Shown here one piece after another: positions 58,691 through 64,000 of a stretch of 64,000 nt of DNA. Origin of the DNA: Flavobacteriales bacterium. GTDB lineage: Bacteria > Bacteroidota > Bacteroidia > Palsa-965. The stretch lies in contig JBEIPA010000006.1 in NCBI GenBank assembly GCA_040377305.1, forward strand, positions 166,770 to 230,769, in the 5' to 3' direction. The notes below the pieces were generated by a model, which worked only from the letters and a program-made list of their open reading frames with translations, was not told where the DNA came from and did no database searches. Position 1 is the stretch's first letter, and each line of letters starts with the position of its first letter. Position numbers and translations under genes: made by a program.

Positions 58691-59155
58691 CTAGAACTTG
58701 ATTACGACTTTGGTTTCCTTGATTTCCGGAAAGCTGAACTCGAAGTTTTTCTCGACATCCTGTTTAGCTTTTCTTCCTTCAATTCTAACCTTAGTTATTT
58801 GTTGCACTGTAATTCCTTTTTCTGTTGCACTAATCAGATTGCCTTTCACCTTCTTGCCGTCGGCCAACTTAACGTCGACCTCTTTGCCGATGTTCTTCTG
58901 GTACTGACGAAGAACTTTGAATGGCTGATCTAAGCCTGCAGAAGAAACTTCGAGTTCGAAATCTTCAGCATCACGGTCAAGGCTATTCTCAATGAAGCGG
59001 CTTACTTCCACGCACTTCCTGATATTAACCCCACCGTCACGATCTATTAACACAATGATTTTATTCATTGGTGTTACATGAACATCAACCAGGAAACAAT
59101 CTGTCCCTTCTAAAGCCTTGTCCGCCAGTTCCCGAATGTGTGAATCGCTGATCAT
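58691..59155 (-). CDS. rimP: Ribosome maturation factor RimP
   Basis: IDRDGGVNIRKCVEVSR, FELEVSSAGLDQP, YQKNIG; first gene of rimP-nusA-infB; start trimmed to ATG 59155. Confidence 0.95.
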   Translation of the reverse strand: MISDSHIRELADKALEGTDCFLVDVHVTPMNKIIVLIDRDGGVNIRKCVEVSRFIENSLDRDAEDFELEVSSAGLDQPFKVLRQYQKNIGKEVDVKLADGKKVKGNLISATEKGITVQQITKVRIEGRKAKQDVEKNFEFSFPEIKETKVVIKF

Positions 59156-59166
59156 TTGCAAAAAAA

Positions 59167-59186
59167 CAGGGGACAATTGTCCCCTG
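59167..59186 (-). promoter_or_regulatory. rimP leader hairpin (perfect 20-bp palindrome with T-tract)
   Basis: caggggacaattgtcccctg followed by TTTTTTT on the minus strand, between the TACATTTG box (59211-59218) and the rimP ATG. Confidence 0.7.
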
Positions 59187-59385
59187 AACTCATTTTCTCT
59201 TAACAGGATGCAAATGTACAACAAAAACCGGTTTCCCACAAGTGTTCATAACATGTAACCTTTGCCCGATGAATGCGTACAATAAAAAGACTAATTTGGC
59301 TTTATTGCCGATCAGACTAGTTCTTTACGTATTGTCTTACAAACCCCGTAATGGCACCATTATTCACCATTAAACCCATGTCCAC

Positions 59386-59688
59386 ATGGAGCCAAACAAA
59401 CCCAAATTGAACTCAGTTTCGCATAAGCTACTGACGTTCAGCGCATTAATTTTTTTACCGGGCATTCTCAGCGCAGCTGGTCATGCCTCAAATATTACGG
59501 CCGGTGAAATCGCAATGTATGTTGCAATCATCGTCGTCGTAATTGGAATCGCGTGGTTCTTCGCGTCCAGGCAAACGGACAAGATGGACAAAGAGCATCA
59601 TGAACAGATGTCTCACCACACGCCGAAGAAACACTATGAGCACCCCAACGATCCGCATTTCCGGAAGTTGAGGAAGAAAACTTCGTAA
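59386..59688 (+). CDS. Small membrane protein with His-rich cytoplasmic tail
   Basis: Signal-like segment, one TM helix (IAMYVAIIVVVIGIAWFFA), tail KEHHEQMSHHTPKKHYEHPNDPH. Confidence 0.65.
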   Translation: MEPNKPKLNSVSHKLLTFSALIFLPGILSAAGHASNITAGEIAMYVAIIVVVIGIAWFFASRQTDKMDKEHHEQMSHHTPKKHYEHPNDPHFRKLRKKTS

Positions 59689-59719
59689 CGACACCCGTTT
59701 CCAAAAAATAGAACAAACC

Positions 59720-59760
59720 AAAGATTGCCTCGCGCGAGCGGGGTTGTCTTGTTTTATTTT
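59720..59760 (+). terminator. Probable terminator
   Basis: aagattgcctcgc-gcga-gcggggttgtctt followed by gttttatttt. Confidence 0.5.
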
Positions 59761-59887
59761 AGTTGAAACTTGGCACTTGTACATTGACCATTGATACTTT
59801 ACTAAACCCCAGTTATGTAAAGGGCCAACGCGCAACTCTCAATGTTCAAGGGTCAAGTAAGAATAAGGTGATTAAATATTCAGAGCA

Positions 59888-61762
59888 CTAATTCACCTTC
59901 TCCCCTTTTTCATACTTCTGCTCCAACATCACTTTTCCTTGCTCGTCGTAATACATCCACTTGCCGTGTGGCTTGCTCACGAGACGAGTCTTGTAAACTT
60001 TCTTCCCGTTTGCTTTCGTGAATTGATACTCTTTTACTTTGATGAGCTTGTGATGCGTGATGCTTTGCTTTTCTCCGGTGATGTAATAGTTCACAGTCTT
60101 GCCCGATAATCTTCCCAGATCATAGTTCGCAATGGTTTTTATTCCGCCTGTTGGATAATAGAATTTCCATTGACCGTGTAGCTTATCGAGTTTGTAGGTT
60201 CCTGATTCTTCAATGATGCCGTGTTCGCTCCACGTGCTCCACTTTCCACTCTTCAATCCGCCAGCGTATTTTCCTTTCTGGTGAATCTTCCCGTTGTCCC
60301 AGAAATACGACCACGATCCTTCTTTGAATCCGGATTTCGTTCCGTATTCTCCGGTGTAATTCAGCTGACCATTGTAATACCAACCTTGCCATTTTCCAAT
60401 CATCACACCGCGATCAAAGGTTCCCTGATCCTTGATGTTGCCGTTATCCCACCACGCAATCCATTCTCCTTCTTCTAATCCGTTGCGCACTTTTCCTTCC
60501 TGCAATTTTTTTCCGTTCTCAAACCAGAACGTCCACAAGCTGTCGCGGATTCCTGCTTTGAACCAACCTTCTTTGTACTTCTGTCCGTTCGGATACCAGA
60601 ATGTCCACGCGCTATCTTCTTTGTCGTCTTTGTACCACGCATCCATTTCCATTTGCGTAGAACCTGCGAACCAATATTGCCAATGACCATTGCGAACATC
60701 ATTCTTAAACTCGCCCTGCATATCGAGTTTTCCGTCTTCCTGATACCACGTCCACGTTCCTGATTTCTGATCGTTCACATAAGTTCCTTCGAAGCTTGTC
60801 TTTCCATCCGCATACCAGTGTGTGGCTTTTCCGTTCTTCATTCCGTCAGCGAATTCTTCTTTCGCCTCGAGTCTTCCATCGGGAGTCCAGAAAGTCCATG
60901 TCGAATCTTTCAAACCACCACGATAAATTCCTTCGCACCATTTACTTCCGTCTTCGAATGTGAGTATAACTTTTCCGTAACCGTTTTTGATTACTTGTTT
61001 TCCATCCTCACTCCAGAGATTGACAAAATACTGTCGGCCGTTTTTGTATTCGTACTCCTGCGATGGCTTCCCGGTTTCATACCACTCTTTCCACACTCCC
61101 GATTTTTTCCCGTTCACATACTCGCCTTCTTCTTTCAGCTTCGTGTTCGGATACCACCCGGAATATTTTCCATGCAAGGTGTCATTCACAAAATATCCGT
61201 CGCTCTGTGGTTTTCCATTTGCATCGTAATATTGGAAGTGCCCATCCTTCACTGAAACCCAGGTGTAATTCGCGCCCCACATAATTTTATACTGCTCTTT
61301 CCCTTTCATCACACCACTCTCGTAATATGAAGTCCACGTACTGTCCGGCAACCCGTCAACATAACGGCAATCCAAAAACATTTGACCGTTCGGATACCAA
61401 TATGAAGCATGACCGTTCTTCTTCCCTTTGTAGAAATACTCGTGCGCCTTCAGAGTTTTGCTGTCGTAATAAAACAACCATGTAGAATCTTCCTTGCCCT
61501 GGATGTAATATCCTGAACGCTGAATATTTCCGCTCTGATAATAATAAACGCACTTACCGTGTAGCTTGCCGTCGAGCCACGACTCGTCGCTCTTCTTTTT
61601 CTTTTTGGCGTCGTCGTAGAATTCCGTCGTCTTGGTCGGCTTTCTGCTCTTCGGCTGTTCCTTCTTTCCCTTCTTGTCTCCAGTCTCAGTATATACGGGA
61701 ACCGTTTGCGCGCTAAGAGATTTCGCGAAGACAAACAGTAAGATCAAAATCCAATTTCTCAT
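59888..61762 (-). CDS. Exported MORN-variant (YwqK-like) repeat protein
   Basis: Signal peptide and more than 20 ~24-aa repeats of the G..W..(W/Y)..NG....EG.Y type. Confidence 0.85.
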   Translation of the reverse strand: MRNWILILLFVFAKSLSAQTVPVYTETGDKKGKKEQPKSRKPTKTTEFYDDAKKKKKSDESWLDGKLHGKCVYYYQSGNIQRSGYYIQGKEDSTWLFYYDSKTLKAHEYFYKGKKNGHASYWYPNGQMFLDCRYVDGLPDSTWTSYYESGVMKGKEQYKIMWGANYTWVSVKDGHFQYYDANGKPQSDGYFVNDTLHGKYSGWYPNTKLKEEGEYVNGKKSGVWKEWYETGKPSQEYEYKNGRQYFVNLWSEDGKQVIKNGYGKVILTFEDGSKWCEGIYRGGLKDSTWTFWTPDGRLEAKEEFADGMKNGKATHWYADGKTSFEGTYVNDQKSGTWTWYQEDGKLDMQGEFKNDVRNGHWQYWFAGSTQMEMDAWYKDDKEDSAWTFWYPNGQKYKEGWFKAGIRDSLWTFWFENGKKLQEGKVRNGLEEGEWIAWWDNGNIKDQGTFDRGVMIGKWQGWYYNGQLNYTGEYGTKSGFKEGSWSYFWDNGKIHQKGKYAGGLKSGKWSTWSEHGIIEESGTYKLDKLHGQWKFYYPTGGIKTIANYDLGRLSGKTVNYYITGEKQSITHHKLIKVKEYQFTKANGKKVYKTRLVSKPHGKWMYYDEQGKVMLEQKYEKGEKVN

Positions 61763-61914
61763 GTGACAATAACGCTGAATTCATTAAAAGTTGCATACGG
61801 GAGCGCACGCAAGGGCAAAACTATGTGAAAACGTAGGGAATGAGTCTGTTTTGGCAGTTTTTTAATGAACATTCCCTTGTGGTTTCTTGTACTCGGCTTA
61901 CGTTTCACCACAAT

Positions 61915-62036
61915 CAAAATCTGTGTTAATCTGTGACATCCGTTTTTTTCTGTGTTCCTTTTTAACAGCTAGCGGAACAATGCACATAAATCCACGCTCG
62001 GTATTTCGCCGCAGATTCGCAGATTTCGCAGATTAA
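61915..62036. repeat. Short-period (8-9 nt) repeats
   Basis: aaatctgtgttaatctgtgacatccg...tctgtgttcc and cgcagattcgcagatttcgcagatt. Confidence 0.5.
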
Positions 62037-62046
62037 ATTAGGTGTA

Positions 62047-63177
62047 CTACAGCTTATCAATCGCCGCTCGAATCACCTCGCGCGCCCGAATCGTTTCTTC
62101 CTCTGTAGTCACAGCTCCCAGCGAAATCCGTATGCATGAAAGCGCTTCTTGTTCGCTCAAGCCCATCGCTAGATGTACGTGAGATGGTTTTGCCTCTGCA
62201 GAAGTACAAGCAGATCCGGTGGCAATGGCGATATCTGGAATATGTGTGATGAGTTTATCCGCTTTCACTCCACGAATTAAAATATTGGTCGTATTTGGTA
62301 AGCGGTCTTTCACACACCCATTCACAAATCCCCGATCATCTTCGGTAATGTATTGCTCGAGACGTGTTCTCCATGCCGACAATTTTCCGGCCACATCCCA
62401 CGTTTCGTTCATCGCTATTTCTGCTGCCTTGCCGAGACCAACAATACCCGGAACATTCATCGTGCCGGAACGCAATCCTCGCTCGTGTCCGCCTCCGTGC
62501 AAAAGCGGATGCATGCTAACACGCGGATTTTTTCTGCGGACATACATTGCACCTACACCTTTCGGTCCGCCGAATTTGTGAGCAGAAATACAGCAACAAT
62601 CGATTCCAAGTTCGTTCACATCAACACGCAATTTTCCGAAAGCCTGCGTTGTGTCGCTGAAAAGAATGGAATTATTTGCGTGAACGATTTCTGAAATCGC
62701 GGCCAGATCCTGAATGGTTCCGGTTTCGTTATTTGCGAGCATAACGGCAACGAGAATTGTATCGGCACGCATCACATATTTCAATTCGGCGAGATCAATT
62801 CTTCCTTCGCGATCGACGTGCAGATAAGAAATTTCGTAGCCGTCATTCGCAAGATCAGCACAGGAATCCAGAACTGCTTTGTGCTCGGTTGCTACGGTGA
62901 TAATGTGCTTTCCCTTCGAAGAAAATGTTTTCGCAATTCCTTTGACGGCCGTATTGATCGACTCCGTTGCGCCCGAAGTAAAAATAATTTCCTGCGGCTC
63001 TGCACCAATCAGCTCCGCCACTTTTGCCCGGGCAATTTCAACGGATTCCGATGCGTACCAACCGAAGCGATGCGTTTTACTCGCCGCGTTTCCAAACTCG
63101 TTCGCGAAGAATGGCATCATTGCCTCGAGAACACGAGGATCGACGGGAGTTGTGGCGTTGTGGTCGAGGTAAATCAC
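62047..63177 (-). CDS. iscS: Cysteine desulfurase (IscS/NifS family)
   Basis: IYLDHNATTP, FTSGATESIN, ANNETG, SAHKFGGPKG (PLP Lys), ATGSACTS (catalytic Cys); GTG start 4 nt after TACTTTTG. Confidence 0.92.
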   Translation of the reverse strand: MIYLDHNATTPVDPRVLEAMMPFFANEFGNAASKTHRFGWYASESVEIARAKVAELIGAEPQEIIFTSGATESINTAVKGIAKTFSSKGKHIITVATEHKAVLDSCADLANDGYEISYLHVDREGRIDLAELKYVMRADTILVAVMLANNETGTIQDLAAISEIVHANNSILFSDTTQAFGKLRVDVNELGIDCCCISAHKFGGPKGVGAMYVRRKNPRVSMHPLLHGGGHERGLRSGTMNVPGIVGLGKAAEIAMNETWDVAGKLSAWRTRLEQYITEDDRGFVNGCVKDRLPNTTNILIRGVKADKLITHIPDIAIATGSACTSAEAKPSHVHLAMGLSEQEALSCIRISLGAVTTEEETIRAREVIRAAIDKL

Positions 63178-63284
63178 GGAACAAAAGTATGCAGATTGCT
63201 CTAAGTACACTCTGCAATTCTTCCAGCTGATCCAACGCAGAAGCGGGTTTGTTATCTTTAAACACTAAGCTGAATACAAATTCC

Positions 63285-63857
63285 ATGATTGACCTCATAG
63301 TAATGGCCGCACGTGAACACGGAGGCGGCGCTCAAAATAGAGCTGCTGATGCTGCGCACATGTATAGTGTTGCGCTTGTGAATAAGCTTCAGACTAACCC
63401 AAGTGAGATCCAACTGCTATTACGCTCACTAACGAATGTGTGCGCAACCGTACCAAGTAGCAGTATCAATGAATGGCACAAGAAATTAAATGCTGTTCCT
63501 TATCAATTCTATTTTTCAAACTGCAATGTGTCATATCGACAACAGGTTCACGGAGGTATGTTATTGATTACAGAGTGTATTATGACTCCACAGTGGCATC
63601 CTCAGCACTGGAGGAATGAAGGAACTTCTAGTGTATTGAACGCAGTGTTCTTCGTTGGAGAAAATATAATGACCGGGAACTATGAAGTGCGCAGTTTGCC
63701 TCCCCAAACTATTCAGCAAAAGGGAACCGTTACGCTTTTCGGAATTCAATTTCTGGAAGTGATTTCTAAAATAGATCACAACGTGAAAAGACCAGACCCA
63801 ATGGCTCCCGTGCCTGTCAAGAAACCATGGTGGAAGCGAATATTCCTGGGTGACTAA
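63285..63857 (+). CDS. Hypothetical protein ending in a KKPWWK motif
   Basis: Open frame of ~190 aa from ATG 63285; no family recognised. Confidence 0.55.
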   Translation: MIDLIVMAAREHGGGAQNRAADAAHMYSVALVNKLQTNPSEIQLLLRSLTNVCATVPSSSINEWHKKLNAVPYQFYFSNCNVSYRQQVHGGMLLITECIMTPQWHPQHWRNEGTSSVLNAVFFVGENIMTGNYEVRSLPPQTIQQKGTVTLFGIQFLEVISKIDHNVKRPDPMAPVPVKKPWWKRIFLGD

Positions 63858-63868
63858 GTACTCCTTAT

Positions 63869-63888
63869 CCGCCGACTGAAGTCGACGG
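63869..63888. repeat. CCGnCGAC-TGAA-GTCGnCGG palindrome
   Basis: ccgccgactgaagtcgacgg, resembling hairpins associated with HUH (IS200/IS605/REP) elements. Confidence 0.45.
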
Positions 63889-64000
63889 TTATCACTTTCT
63901 CATATTAAGCGTAGTCGGGTGGTGCCCAAAAAATCCCGGGGAGTTTTTTTGACCACCCAAAAAAAAAAAAACAGAAACGGGTTACCCAGGGGGTGAGCCC

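Noticed and set aside
59888-61762. MORN/YwqK-like protein as an antitoxin
   Set aside because: It has a signal peptide, is 624 aa long and has no adjacent toxin; the repeat family is a general scaffold
62047-63177. Cysteine desulfurase as DndA of a phosphorothioation system or part of an isc operon
   Set aside because: No dnd/ssp or isc/suf neighbours in the window; treated as a stand-alone IscS-like gene
63900-64000. Homopolymer-rich terminal segment with a gggtggt/accaccc inverted repeat
   Set aside because: Truncated by the window edge and looks like low-quality sequence; no feature can be supported

Overview
A 64-kb stretch of a Bacteroidota (Bacteroidia/Flavobacteriales-like) chromosome. 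The assignment rests on TAnnTTTG -7 promoter boxes, T9SS C-terminal sorting domains, a PorE-like OmpA protein and an ECF/FecR locus. Housekeeping genes: metG, asnS, dxs, rimP-nusA-infB, an rRNA pseudouridine synthase, a cysteine desulfurase, YraN, an LD-carboxypeptidase and an AsmA-like protein. Accessory loci: a TPR histidine kinase/LuxR-type regulator pair upstream of an apparently chimeric adhesin-PorE gene; a FadL + secreted esterase + SGNH lipoprotein cluster in which the SGNH protein lacks its catalytic Ser; an ECF-FecR locus whose STN signalling domain sits on a repeat/beta-barrel protein rather than on the TonB-dependent receptor; a RelE/ParE toxin-antitoxin pair; a TetR-TolC-RND-ABC efflux cluster; and a REP-associated tyrosine transposase flanked by GTRG-hairpin REPs. 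Intergenic DNA holds several palindromic and short-period repeat families, and one copy lies in frame inside metG. I saw no rRNA, tRNA or CRISPR array. All family assignments come from recognising motifs by eye, not from database searches.
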